Source of the DNA: Lytechinus pictus
Lineage: Eukaryota
Reading direction: 5' to 3'
Assembly: GCF_037042905.1 (NCBI RefSeq)
Contig: NC_087251.1
Coordinates: 42,658,001 to 42,722,000 of the forward strand
DNA length: 64,000 bases
This document shows positions 11,607 through 25,201 of this stretch, piece by piece. A model generated the notes under the pieces. It saw only the letters and a list, made by a program, of their open reading frames with translations, did not search any database and was not told where the DNA came from. Position 1 is the first letter of the stretch. Each line of letters starts with the position of its first letter. A program made the position numbers and the translations under genes.

Positions 11607-14600
11607 TGTTGTGGTAACTATCTCAAAATGAGTTCGAACAGAATCCAATGAAATTACCACCAAATTATTTGCATGTATAAATAAAAAATATGTGCCAAAT
11701 AGCTCTGGTAGAAAATGTGTAATTGCTAAGAAATTAGCAAAATAAGCACAGACAAAATTCTGTCAAATGTCGGGTATTTTTCGAAGCAATATGAATACAC
11801 TGTCCCACATATGCTTTTCTGTGTTAGTGAACATCAGAAATATCGATTTTGAGCCGAGTTTTCATGATTTTACAAAAGATAAGTTTTACATCAATGTACC
11901 AGATCTAGATGTATGATAATATGTTGACAATTAACCTTGATTTAAAAGACTTTCTCATGAAATAATTGTTTGCTGTAACTATGGTACTGTCTTTTACCGT
12001 ACCTTTAAAGCAGCATTCATGTTTAAAGATGTAGCCCAGACTTTTGACAAGTTGCCTGATTCAAATTTTACCTGAGAATCACCTTACATTCCAATCTTAC
12101 AAAAGTATGGGGACGGTTGAATCTTTTAAGCCATTGCTTCTTTGTGAAAATATTAATTTTCATTTTTTATACCGAGCACACACTCTCTCAGTACTGTCAT
12201 AGTTTTCTATAAAATAGTTCCTATAAAGGCTTTTCTTACAAATTTAGTGATTGTCTTATATAAGTAAGCTTTATACAATATTGTATAAAGCAATTTTCAG
12301 CCAATTCTATATTTGAGAATTGGTATTGTATATTTAAATAAACACACAAATATTGTATTTTCATCAGGCATCTGCTCAAAATAAATGTTCCTTTAAAATG
12401 TGAAAATATATCCACTAAAGTTTTGGGACATCTATTTGTATAAATGTAGTAATGAATTTGAATGGTGACATGTAATTTAGGGGCTTCACCAAAACTTAAA
12501 AGAGGCTTGAAGGTAAAGAGATCTTAGTGATTTTACCTTCTACATGATCTACATTTATTTAATGTTGCTGTCTGGACCCTGAAACATGAAGCTTGGTGAT
12601 TGATTGTAAAGCTGATTTCTATGATTGGTTGCATTGATTATTGTGTTTGATCAATCACAAATCAGCCCTCAAATCAATCCTCAAGTTTTATGTAACAGGG
12701 CCCCAAGAAAGGTCAAAATGTATTATTTTATGTAAAGGTGTTGGATGAATCACTTTTTGAAACTGCCAAAATTCAAAGTTTTTATCAGTGAATTAGCACT
12801 ATCTTTATTTGTATATAATTATAAATATATTCATTTTATTATACTGTATTTAGTGAAATGAAATGTTCAAGAATTCCAAATATGTGTACTTGCCATGTGA
12901 TATATATCAATTATATTTCAGTTTGCTTAACACATGAAATATAGCAAAAGTAATAATTTCTACCATATTCTTGATTCATATATATATTGAGTACTTCCAC
13001 TATGTGGTCTTTGTAGTTATATCTTGGTAAATTTTTCCTGAAAAGTGAATTTGTGAGTCATTAAGTGATTGTTCTAGACTGTATTTTGTCATTGGATTTG
13101 TGTGTGGAATATATAGCGGAGCTGTTGTTGCCGGAGCAAATGTCATCTTTTGCTTGGCAGACAGTTGCAAACTTTTTATGCAAGCAGCGCATTGTGGAGT
13201 TTTCCTTTGAAAGAGAACGTGTGTAGTAATAAATCTCATGAATAGTCGGTTATAAATAGATAATAATTGAATAATTAGTGAAATATGGAACCTTGAATGA
13301 TCTCCTAAACACTTTAAATTCCACCTATTAAGAATGTTTTATCTGTTTGCCATTAATAATTGTAATGATAATAATAATAATAATTAGCATTTAGTATGCT
13401 CTTTATAGTTAACTATATCACAGTGTTTACAAATGATAGATATCAAAATACATAATAATTACAATACAAATAAAAAAGAGGAAATGACTGATCGAAAAAG
13501 ATTTCTCTTGAAAATTTAATACATAAATTGCATTAATTTAAATATAATTTACATAACATTCTTTGAAATATGTCTCCTTAGAATACATGCAAATAATTTT
13601 AAAAAGTCATTCATTTTTTTTGCCTTTTGAAAATAAGCTGCACAAGTAACATGACTAATGATGGAATGATATGGATTTGACATGAAAAAAAAATAGAGTA
13701 TGTAGTATATATTCCAATGTTGAACTTGTTATCGGGCATCAGAAAAGCGGTTAATGACATGTTGCATCTAGTTTTATGACCTCTGGTAGATATTTAGCCA
13801 GGATTGTTTATTAAATGTATCTAAAATGCCAGAATGTTAACCGTCTGAAATTCTTTTAACTTAAAGGGTTTTCTGTCGAGACCAATATAGTACTACCTGT
13901 CGTGTACTTTATATACTACATGTATATTACTTCTCATTATATAGAAAAGCTTGCATGTATCGTGAATTTGGAGTCGGCTTCAAGCAATGATCACTGCCAC
14001 CATTCACCGAACTATCTTAAAAGGATTGAGGAACTATGATATATGATTAGGCAAAGTTATCAGTAGTATTTATATGTTATAAATCTATGATATATCTGAA
14101 AGCACTTATAGATGTTCTGATGATCAAGTGCTATTTTTGGAATGTTACCATTATTTCTCTTTGTACTTCAATGCTGTCTAAACCATTTTAATCCATTTGT
14201 GTAATTATTGCTATACAAGCAAGTAAAACCCAATTGTGTAAGGATTTCTATGTATACATGTACAAGCTACAATACCTAATGACCACTAAATCATATAAAC
14301 CAGTCCAAATTCAATACTTATTAATTACTAAATGTGCACTATTAACCCGTTTATTCCCAATCTCTATTGATTGGTAAATGTAGTTTTGTATTACGCAGGC
14401 GTCAATTAATGTTCTACATTCGTTAGTGTCCCCAACTGCTCTTTTATTATCGATGTTTGATTTTTAAATGAATCCACGCAGTACTGTAAGTGGAAAAAAA
14501 AAAAAGAGTACAGCAACATGAGTGTTATCAGGGCATTCTTCTTTTATACCTTAGAAAACATTGTGACTATATTGACATTTTTGACTGCATTTGAACTTTA

Positions 14601-16074
14601 TTTTTTGTGGTATTTTTGTTTTATAACAGACTCACCTTTTTATCACCACTTTCATTCAAAGAAAGATTTTTGTATTAATAGACATTTTTATATCAATAGG
14701 ATAAATTTTCTAAAAAGGACAAAAATCATGCTGCCTCTCTGAAAACATAGGAACAAAAGGGAGAATATTTATCGCCTTCCCATTTGACTGTGTGTGACTA
14801 TTATATAATTATGTTTGTTCATAGTACTATGTACTAATAGTATGTAGTATTAAAATGTACAAAAATTTGTTATTTACCAAGACAATCAGGTTAGAAAATT
14901 TGCTACAAAAAGGTAGATTCTTCTAATGGAGATACAGAAACTTGTTGAATCTGTTTCTGTAGGTTTTGTTTTAGTAAAGACCATCATTATTCCATGTTTT
15001 GAAATTATCATGGAGAAGGCAGTTTCCCTTCATAACATGAATACAAAAGTGGTGTTCATGCCAGAAAATAAGAGCATTTTGATTGGAAAATTTGATAACT
15101 GATTTTTATTATCATTATTATTAGATGGCAATTGAGAGAGAATAGAATAGGATATAAATACCCACAAATCAAACCTCATTAATCATGTTTTGCTAACCTT
15201 TGTTACCAGGCGAGTAAATTAATTGCAATCTTCCATTAATGTAAACACCAATGATTGCTACTGGGGCATGCATTTGTAAAGTTATTGATTGCATGCTTCC
15301 TTGAAACATTCTTAGCAATGAAATTATTATGTACATGTACTAGCTAGAGGTATCTTGGATGTTTTGTATAATAGAAAAAAAATGTAAATACTTTATAGGC
15401 TTGATACAAAGTGGTGTACTTATGCAAAAGTATAGATGTAAATTTCCTTTGATTGATATGATGTACTCTAATAAATTGCAATATATGCCTTTGATTTTTT
15501 TATTCGATCATTTCTGTTTCCTGTCAAAGTCCAGACTTGTGTATTAGAGCGCAGTGGCCCAATTCACAAAGACTAAGATCTATGGCTACTACCATGGCAA
15601 CAGGGCTCAGCCGCCAATCAGAATCAAGGTTACCATGGTAGAATACCGCAATAGCAAAGTTACCATAGCTGTAACTCTTTATGAAACGGGCCCCAGGACC
15701 CTTGTATTATTGCTAATATGCAAAGTAATGACCTCAATAACATGTATACCGTTTGTTCTTTTCAAAGTTTATCCCAGCTAACTGGATGTTCTTGTCATGT
15801 CCAGATATCAAAAAGAAATACCAATCAAACTAGAAAAAATATCCAGACTCCCATTAATCTTTACCCATATACATGAAATATGTACATTTATCCTGTCATT
15901 TTGAAAAAAAAAAATAAAAAAAATCCAGTCAAATCAATTTCAGAGAGAGAGAGAGAGGGTGGGGGGGGGAGACACCAAAAAGAAAGATTGAAACTGAGAA
16001 ATTAAGAAACGTGAAGAAAAGGGGAGGAATGAAAAGGATTGTTCTTCTGAATGGCCCTCCTGTCATATTACATC

Positions 16075-16905
16075 TTACAGACACACCTCATAATCCATGT
16101 AACACTACAATATGACATCTTCCATTAAAAAAACTTACAACATTGACACACCTCATGGTACATGACACACTACAATATGACATCTTCCATTCAAAAACTA
16201 AAAACATTGACACACCTCATGGTCCATGTCACACTACAAATATGACATCTTCCATTCAAAAACTTACAACATTGGCACACCTCATGGTCCATGTCACACT
16301 TCAAATATGACATCTTCCATTCAAAAACTAAAAACATTGACACACCTCATGGTCCATGTCACACTACAAATATGACATCTTCCATTCAAAAACTTACAAC
16401 ATTGGCACACCTCATGGTCCATGTCACACTTCAAATATGACATCTTCCATTCAAAAACTAAAAACATTGACACACCTCATGGTCCATGTCACACTACAAA
16501 TATGACATCTTCCATTCAAAAACTTACAACATTGGCACACCTCATGGTCATGTCACACTACAAATATTACATTTTCCATTCAAACACTTTACAACATAGA
16601 CAAACCTCACAGTCCATGTCACACTACAAATATTACATCCTCCATTCAAACCTACAATACAGACACACCTCGGTCCATGTCACACTACAATAATTACATT
16701 TTTCATTCAAATACAACATAGACACACCTCATAGTTATGTCACACTACAAATATGACACCTTCCATTCAAAATTTTACAACATTGACACAAGTCATAGTC
16801 CACGTCACACTACAAATAGGACATTTTTCATTCAAATACTTATAACACTGACAAACCTCATAGTCATGTCACACTACAAATATTACACCTTCCATACAAA
16901 AACTC
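16075..16905. repeat. 60-bp minisatellite with 120-bp dimeric higher-order repeat
   Basis: Unit GACACACCTCATGGTCCATGTCACACTACAAATATGACATCTTCCATTCAAAAACTTACAACATT; two variants alternate across 16201-16560. Confidence 0.92.
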
Positions 16906-17764
16906 ACAAAATAGGCAAACCTCGACTCCTCACTCCACACAAACTTGCTTCTAATTATGTATTTATTATATAACATCAGAAATGGGAGAGCCATTAAACT
17001 TGCATTATATAAAGTTACAAAGACAGGTTACACAATGGACATAAATATAATTTCTCCTAACAATCTAATTGTCATACAACTGATGAACAAACGCGATAGC
17101 CGAGGGGAAAATCTGATTTCTATTAATCAATACATGATGAAAATAAATATAATTTCACCCAACAATGAAATTATTTAACTGATGAACAAATGTGATATCC
17201 TGGGGAAAAGGTGATGTCTATGAATCGATACATATCCATATTAAAGTTTCCACACATTGAGGAGAATCGGCTTCTGATTTACAATGGCAATAAAACGGTG
17301 CCCGCTGGAAGAACAGTTTTCAGAACTAAAGTGGCTACCCTGGGTAAATATTCTGTTATTATTATCATTATTATCAATGGGCCATAAAGATGTTGAGAAA
17401 AGGAGCCCTGATGAGCGTATGAAATAATGTGCTTATCTATCCATGTCTACGGGGGGTGTTGCAAGAAAATATTTGCAATCAATAGCAAATTTCAGATGTA
17501 AATTTACAAAAAAATAGATAAATTGCAACGAAAACAATCACACTCTATTTTTGTTGATACAAGGAGCAGGCCATCAATCAGTTGCAAATTTGCAATGAAA
17601 TGTATGAATTTAAATCGATTTTAGGACCTAAAATAGACTCACAATCATTTACAAGTTTATTGCAACACCTCTTAAGACAATTTAAATACAGGAGACTTTG
17701 CCTATGTCAAATCTCTTGGACATCTGTGTGACTAAGTTGAAATGTGACTATCAAATGATGGCAT

Positions 17765-18578
17765 TTCTTTGAATGCAGAAGAAGCTAGATTGGTCATAGT
17801 AAGGGGTGTTTTTTTTTTTTTTTTACATGCATCACATGTTGATCATAAAAGAAGCTAAATTGACTTGTTTGGGGGTGCTGCTTTGAATGCATTGCTTATT
17901 GTATGTAAAAGAAGTTAGATTAATTGGCATCAGTTAGGGGTGTTTCTTAGAATGCATCACATATTTATTGCAAAAGAAGTTTGATTGGCATTAGTTATGG
18001 GTGTTTCTTTGAACGCATCACTTATTGATTGCAAAAGAAGCTAAATTGACATCAGTTAGAGTGTGTTTCTCTGAATGCATTGCTCATTGATTGCAAAAGA
18101 AACTAGATAGACATCAGTTAGGGGTGTTTCCTTGAATGCATCACTAATTGAATGCAAAAGAAACTAGATTGGCATCAGTTAGGGGTGTTTCTTTGAATGC
18201 ATCACTTATTGATTGCAAAAGAAACTAGATAGACATCAGTTAGGGGTGTTTCGTTGAATGCATCACTTATTGATTGCAAAAGAAGCTAGATTGGCATCAG
18301 TTCGGGTTTTATTTGAATGCATCGCTTATTGATTGCAAAAGAAGCTAAATTGACATAAGTTAGAGTGTATTTCTTTGAATGCATCACTTACTGACTGCAA
18401 AAGAAGCTATAATGACATCAGGGGTGTTTCTTTAAATGCATCGCTTACTGATCGCAAAAGAAGCTAGATTGGCATCAGTTTGGGGGTGTTTCTTTGAATG
18501 CATCTGCTATTGATTGCATTGCTTATTGGATGCAAAAAAGCTAGATTGGCATCAGTTGAGTATATTTTGTTGAACGCA
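17765..18578 (-). repeat. 61-bp tandem array immediately after the WDHD1 stop codon, derived from the terminal coding sequence
   Basis: About 13 units; each - strand unit reads like act gat gcc aat cta gct tct ttt gca atc aat aag tga tgc att caa. Confidence 0.9.
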
Positions 18579-18797
18579 TCATTTACTGAATGCAAAAGCA
18601 GCCAGCTTCGCATTGGTAGCTCCAGTCAGTTTCTTCAAATCTTTCTCAGGTCTCCCAGGCTTGATTCTCTTCTCTTCTCCTTTCTCTGCTTCGTCACCGG
18701 TCCGCTTTCTCTTCTTTTCCGACTGCTTCTTCTCAGGTTGCATGTCTGCATGGTCATTTTGTTTTGTGACCGATTCTGCTGCCTTTTCTTCCATTTC
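18579..18797 (-). CDS. WDHD1: WDHD1 last coding exon (EMEEKAAES...TNAKLAAFAFSK*)
   Basis: tttag acceptor and TGA stop; resembles the human C-terminus TNQKLSAFAFKQE. Summed CDS is 3237 nt, 1078 aa. Confidence 0.93.
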   Translation of the reverse strand, partial: EMEEKAAESVTKQNDHADMQPEKKQSEKKRKRTGDEAEKGEEKRIKPGRPEKDLKKLTGATNAKLAAFAFSK

Positions 18798-19700
18798 CTA
18801 AATGAAAAAAAAAGATTATGAACACAGATTTGGAGATTATCATTTGGGTTTGGAGTGTAGCCTTGTACATAAGAAATGGGGGGGGGGGTGCTTCACAAAG
18901 ATTTTAAGTGTGACTTAGAGTCTCACTTAAATTCATAGTTTTGTGTGGTATAAAATACATCACAACGGTCAAATCATGCTAAGAGGACGCGTCTACTGCA
19001 TATTAATCAATAAGATTACATATCATGTGATTTCCAATAGTTCCCTTTTTCATTTCTGACTTACTTTGTCAATTTCCTCAAAATGAAGAAAGCTAAATTC
19101 AATCAATCAATGTGCACGTTGGCCTTTAAGCATGACTATTTGTGAAAGACCCACTGGACAATACATATTGGTATATTACAGCTCAAATGAAAAAGTATAT
19201 TAAAGGCACAATTGTCAAATTTCCCAGAAAAATGAGAGGGGGACCAAGGCCAATTAACAGGGCATCCACAGTCATTGCCTGTCAGCAATTTGGCTATAAT
19301 TTAGAAGAAATTGAAGAAATAATCATAATCTATAAAGTTTAAATGACTAATGTATCAATTTCAAGGAGAGTGAATAAACAAAGATATCTAAAGGAATCCC
19401 TCACAGTAATAATTGGTACCCTTATTTGTCAAACTGTCAAAAAGTGAGTCTTATACACACAAAATCAGGATGACATTAAAAAGCTTTACATGAGGTTTCA
19501 ACATTGATGCTACCATTTGTGTAAATTAAAGCAGCAAACCCACTGTTCGGAAGGTAGGGCCAAACAATATCATTTCACCCCCCCCCCCCCCTTCTTTGAA
19601 TAGCATGACATCATGTGTCCACACCCAGAGAAGCCACCATTGGCAAACCTATGCCCATGTCTCGCTTCTGCTACGAAGGTGAGATATCAAAAATTATCAC

Positions 19701-19836
19701 CTTCTTTTCATCACTTGACATGTCTTTCCATTTCTGCATTGCCAATTTGATGATCTCGCTCGCACTCAGTTCAGGATTTTCCTCTTCTAACAAGTCACGA
19801 TTTTTGGACAGCCAGAAATTGAAAGCTGATGGCTTC
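19701..19836 (-). CDS. WDHD1: WDHD1 coding exon 22, HMG box (KPSAFNFWLSKNRDLLEEENPELSASEIIKLAMQKWKDMSSDEKK)
   Basis: tccag acceptor and gtgata donor, phase 2 to 0; HMG-box pattern. Confidence 0.94.
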
Positions 19837-20406
19837 CTGGACATAGGATAAAGGACAAAATTTAAAAAAAAATAGAAAATAATATAAGTTTTCAAAGATA
19901 ATATGTTGGGTTTTATGTGATACATTTGATTTATCTATTTCCACATTCCAATAACAAAAGTATATACAAGTGTAATCATTTTTTTTTCTCAGCATACATA
20001 CTATGAAGCAAATGACATAATGAATAACATATGCATAGTTGCATACATACATGTACATTCTAACAATCTACTTGAAATATATCTATACCTGATAAATTTC
20101 TCAATTTTTTTAAAATCATTAAAACAAATAGCAGAAAAAAAATATATATACATATGTCGATATAATACATTTTGGAATAATGGAGACCTCCATCTTATGC
20201 TTAGAGCTTGAAATTGATAAAGGCCTCGAAAGGAAATGGGAAGGAAAACCAGACAAACAGTGCAATACATTGATGGAATTTGGTCTAAGATATATATTGC
20301 AACATAGGCCCTTTTTTCATCAAATGTATATCATGACTTCTGTCTCTATTAAAAAATTTATGTTTATATATGTTTCTTATAAAAATTCACCACGGTTTGT
20401 AGATCT

Positions 20407-20932
20407 GGGCCCCATCTCACAAAAATTCACGATTTATCCGATCAACAACAACTATGGAAAGCCAGCAACGTCAAAATCTAGAATGCATGTTTGTTCAAAA
20501 TATTTTCTAGACATGGCGTAAGTCATACATTCATCGTTTTCTTGAAAATTCAGTGTGATACTCTTTGCTTACAAAGGACACTGTGTACATTTCCTGGAGA
20601 AAGAAATTATGACATTGTTGGATTTCCATAGAGTTGAGGTTGATTGGATCGATCATAACTCTTTGTGAGATGGGGCCCTGGGCCATTTCTTACAAAGAGT
20701 TACGATTGATCCTATCAACCTCAACTATATGGAAATGATGATTCTTCGACAGGAAATTTGCACAATGTACTTATCGCACAAAGAGAAGCAATCAAGAATA
20801 TCAAATCTTTAAAGAAAAAGATAAATGTATGAATATACATCATATCAAACATGCATTTTAGATGTTGGTGTTGCTGGCTTTCCATAGTTGTGGTTGATCG
20901 GATCTATCGCATCTCTTTGTAAGACAGGGACC
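20407..20932. mobile_element. Two adjacent, oppositely oriented copies of the GGCCCC-terminus MITE
   Basis: 20407-20678 and 20680-20932 each carry TIRs; the marker gccagcaac is near the left end of copy 1 and reverse-complemented near the right end of copy 2. Confidence 0.85.
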
Positions 20933-21475
20933 TGAAGCACATACTTACAGAATACCATATATAGAAAGACATGAGTAATACTTTTCATCAGGTTAATCGT
21001 AACAAAAATAAATACAATTCAACCTTGCAAACAGGTGGTGATGGTAGGTAAAGTAATCTCAGCAATAACCTGTAAAGACTACTCAACTCCAAACAAATTA
21101 TGAAATCTATCACATATTTTTAGTAGGATAGAGTATGAAAATAAGGATTATTATGGGTAAAAATAAGAGAATTAACATTTTCACAACAAAGTAGGTAAAA
21201 GTAGGACCAGTTGAACGCCTGCTGTAAGAATTTTTGTTGTTGAAAGTTCCATCTCCAAAGAACATTAATGCTGTATCACAATGCACAGTTAACATGGTTC
21301 ACAGTTTGAAGATCTGTCCTTATCATCACTACTACTTGAACTCCAATAATCGAACAAGAATGTAGAAAGAAAACATTTATCCAATCGCAGTTTATATGAA
21401 CTTCTATCATACCATGCCATAAAACAGTGTTGCAATTAAAATCTTGAATCCTAAACAGAATGTCAATCTACCTAC

Positions 21476-21602
21476 TTTTTGTTTTTAGATGCAGTGCCTG
21501 CTGTATCTGATGGTTGTTTTGCCTTGGAAGTAAACAACGTTGCCTGAGTTCTTGCTTTCGTTGAATCCCCATTGCTTGCTGCGACCTTCTGTGACATCTT
21601 TC
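21476..21602 (-). CDS. WDHD1: WDHD1 coding exon 21 (GKMSQKVAASNGDSTKARTQATLF...)
   Basis: ttgcag acceptor and gtaggt donor, phase 1 to 2. Confidence 0.82.
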
Positions 21603-21765
21603 CTGCAATTTGAGATACGAAATAGAATAGGCATGAAAGTAGGTACTTCCTTGATGTGGTGAGACCAATGTGTAGTGTGAAGCTGATGGACTGGAAGAAG
21701 ACCAAGGTTTCTATGCAGATGTTGACAGTGGATCAGATGGAAAAGGCGAACAGAGTATGTCGGTA

Positions 21766-22200
21766 TAGACCAGTTCGTAGTTACTTCATGGACAATTTTG
21801 GTCAAATGACCTTTCATTTCTTTCATTAAGATAGGCAGATTTCAAAGCAAGATATTACGTATGCATGCCTTACATAGCGGGATGAAGAAATCGAATAGAC
21901 CAGGTGACTAGAATAGCACATCAATGAACAATCTATGAAGGTATTTGTTGCATTTCTACTTTGAATGCATATTATAGCATGTTGTACGATGTACTTGGCA
22001 AACTCTGAAATACCAGTCGTTCGTGGACGCATTGTTGTATTTTTTAAGAGATGTAAATGAAAACACAATTAAAAAGAATGAAGTTGGTGCTTATCTCATT
22101 AAATTTTAAACCACCATGTCACTTTAGTACAAATGACCTTCCTCTGATCATGCGCAACATCATCTGATCATGCGCAGAGTGGAACTATGAAACTGGCTTA
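21766..22200. mobile_element. ~430-bp MITE (TAGACCAGTTCGTAGTT termini); second copy at 30356-30787
   Basis: Two copies align along their length; ends are imperfect inverted repeats. Confidence 0.85.
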
Positions 22201-22261
22201 TTGACATGTGTTGAGGAGGGTTGATCCATGTTGATCATGTTCAGAGAAGGGTGCTTGAGTT

Positions 22262-23530
22262 CAAGATGGCTGGTCAGAGGGGAAGGGGGCGACCGAAGCA
22301 GACATGGAAGTAGCAAGCAGTGGAGGAGAGTAGGAGGGTTGGGTTGAAGGAAGAGGATGGTCAAAGGGGAAGGGGGCGACCGAAGCAGACATGGAAGTAG
22401 CAAGCGGTGAAGTAAAGTAGGAGGGTTGGGTTGAAGGAGGATGGTCAGAGGGGAAGGGGGCGACCGAAGCAGACATGGAAGTAGCAAGCGGTGGAGTAAA
22501 GTAGGAGGGTTGAGTTGGAGGAGAAGGATGGTTAAAGGGGATGGGGGCGACCGAAGCAGACATGGAAGTAGCAAGCAGTGGAGGAGAGTAGGAGGGTTGG
22601 GATGAAGGAAGAGGATGGTCAAAGGGGAAGGGGGCGACCGAAGCAGACATGGAAGTAGCAAGCAGTCGAGAGTAGGGGGTTGGGATGAAGGAGGATGGTA
22701 AGAGGGGAAGGGGGTGACCAAAGAAGACATGGAAGTAGCAAGCGGTGGAGTAAAGTAGGAGGGTTGGGTTGAAGGAGGATGGTCAGAGGGGAAGGGGGCG
22801 ACCGAAGCAGACATGGAAGTAGCAAGCGGTGGAGTAAAGTAGGAGGGTTGAGTTGGAGGAGAAGGATGGTTAAAGGGGATGGGGGCGACCGAAGCAGACA
22901 TGGAAGTAGCAAGCAGTGGAGGAGAGTAGGAGGGTTGGGATGAAGGAAGAGGATGGTCAAAGGGGAAGGGGGCGACCGAAGCAGACATGGAAGTAGCAAG
23001 CAGTCGAGAGTAGGGGGTCGGGATGAAGGAGGATGGTAAGAGGGGAAGGGGGTGACCAAAGAAGACATGGAAGTAGCAAGCGGTGGAGTAAAGTAGGAGG
23101 GTTGGGTTGAAGGAGGATGGTCAGAGGATAAGGGGGCGACCGAAGCAGACATGGAAGTAGCAAGCGGTGGAGTAAAGTAGGAGGGTTGAGTTGGAGGAGA
23201 AGGATGGTTAAAGGGGATGGGGGCGACCGAAGCAGACATGGAAGTAGCAAGCAGTGGAGGAGAGTAGGAGGGTTGGGATGAAGGAAGAGGATGGTCAAAG
23301 GGGAAGGGGGCGACCGAAGCAGACATGGAAGTAGCAAGCAGTCGAGAGTAGGGGGTTGGGATGAAGGAGGATGGTAAGAGGGGAAGGGGGCGACCGAAGC
23401 AGACATGGAAGTAGCAAATGGTGGATGAGACTAGGGTTGGGTTGAAGGAGGATGGTCAGAGGGGAAGGGGGTGACCAAAGAAGACATGGAAAAGGCAAAT
23501 GGTGGATGAGTTGAGGGAGGAGGATGGATG
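22262..23530. repeat. G-rich minisatellite, 80-87-bp units with 338-bp higher-order repeat
   Basis: GACATGGAAGTAGCAAGC recurs about 15 times at spacings 87,84,87,87,80,84,87,87,80... Confidence 0.95.
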
Positions 23531-23808
23531 CACCAAATAGAGTAGAGTGGGTGGTCAATCTAATGTTGACCAATCTGCCAGGATTAACGGGGGAGAAGTG
23601 ACGTCTCAATAAGCGCACAACTTGCAGACGAGTATCATGAAACAAACACATAGTATCAAATTGTATGCTTGGGAACTCCTTGCAAATGACATCTAAGAGA
23701 TCATAAACATATACCATCTTGAACCAAGTGACCCCCCATGTGTACACTCCTCTAATATATTGCTATATTTACTAATCATATATCATTACACCATTGATGT
23801 TATATAAC

Positions 23809-23958
23809 CTGGCTTAAATTGACTCTTCGTGTCGGGTGACTTCTTCTTCATTTCATCAAAGACGTTGGTCCCTCTAGGATTAGATCCTGATCTGTCCTGG
23901 TTCTTCTTGAAAGGATTCCTCCTTCCTTGACTTGAAGGCAGCAGAGATGGAATTTTAT
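23809..23958 (-). CDS. WDHD1: WDHD1 coding exon 20 (DKIPSLLPSSQGRRNPFKK...)
   Basis: tttcatag acceptor; weak cag|gttata donor chosen for phase 1 to 1; GR.NPFK motif. Confidence 0.82.
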
Positions 23959-24609
23959 CTATGAAAGAATGAAAGAAAGATACCATCCCCCCAAGAGGAA
24001 GAAAAAAACTAAAGAATGAATGAAAAATTAAAAATCAAAATCAAATCAAATAAATCATGAAAGCTATCTCTGTTGGTTGAAAAGAAATTATAAAACTTTT
24101 GCTCTCGACATGAAAAGTTTCAAAGAGTTGCCTTGAAATTTCCGGCTACTGACTCAGTGAAGTGACCCAATTTGACCCTAGTGACGTAATGGTGGATAAT
24201 CTGGACATGGACATCCGGAAGCTTGTATCGCCCTCTGAAATTTTTTCTTATGTTGAGGGCAAAAGTTTAATAATTTGTGAATGAAAAAAACAATCAAGTT
24301 TGACTGAGGTTACAGTTGTACCACAAAGAAACTCTGATAAATTATTAGTAATGAAGTAAATCTACAGAAAAAACAGTCATAATTTATCTTTCCCCAGTGA
24401 CCTACTTATATTGGAATCACTATAATCAGTTACATTCCATTCTTGGTAAAAAATAAATATCAAAAGTTATATAAAATTATTAAATTGTTAACACAATCTC
24501 TTAATGATAAGAATGAATAATTGAAGTCGATATCACTATATAGTAATATACAAACAAATCAAACAGCCAAGCGTAAAATGTATATAAAAAAAATATATAT
24601 ATCACTCAC

Positions 24610-24746
24610 CATGTTTGGAATTAAGATTCAATGTGGGGACATTTTCCATTTCTTCCTCGTCTTCTCTGATCTCTGTTTCTTCATCACTCCCATCACCATT
24701 CATCTCATTAGACTGGTGACCAGATCTCACCTGATTTCTTGGATGA
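24610..24746 (-). CDS. WDHD1: WDHD1 coding exon 19 (low-complexity acidic linker)
   Basis: atgcag acceptor and gtgagt donor; phase 2 to 1 fits both neighbours. Confidence 0.85.
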
Positions 24747-25201
24747 CTGCATAGTGCAAAGGATATCAAACACATTCACCATCTACAAATGATATCAATC
24801 TTTAAAGATGATTTAGTATTAAATGTTATTGTTGAATCGGCAGAAAGTTACTTTGCTTATGTACACAGTTTTATATATTGTTTTAATCAGAAAATCTATT
24901 TATTACCTGTTTCATTAAGAGCATCATGCTTCATATTGTTTTGAAGTCTTTAAACACTTTCAATTAATGATGTCAATGATTTGATAATTCAAAGTTTTCA
25001 CTAGTCTCTAGATTTTATTTTGTCTTTGTAACATAAAAAGAAATTTGCTTCAGACTGCTATAATAGCAAGACATGAATGAAAACAAACAAAACAAATAAA
25101 ATACAAGAAATCGAGTAGACATGAAAGGTGCATTTACAAAAGTTGTCTTTATAGTCATGTAAAATGCTCCCAAGTTTACCCCATTTTTTTGTTTTGCTTA
25201 C

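Noticed and set aside
22185..23747. Long Pro/Ser-rich ORFs (up to 267 aa)
   Set aside because: Products of the minisatellite; the frame breaks every 338 bp, and WDHD1 exons 20 and 21 join in phase without them.
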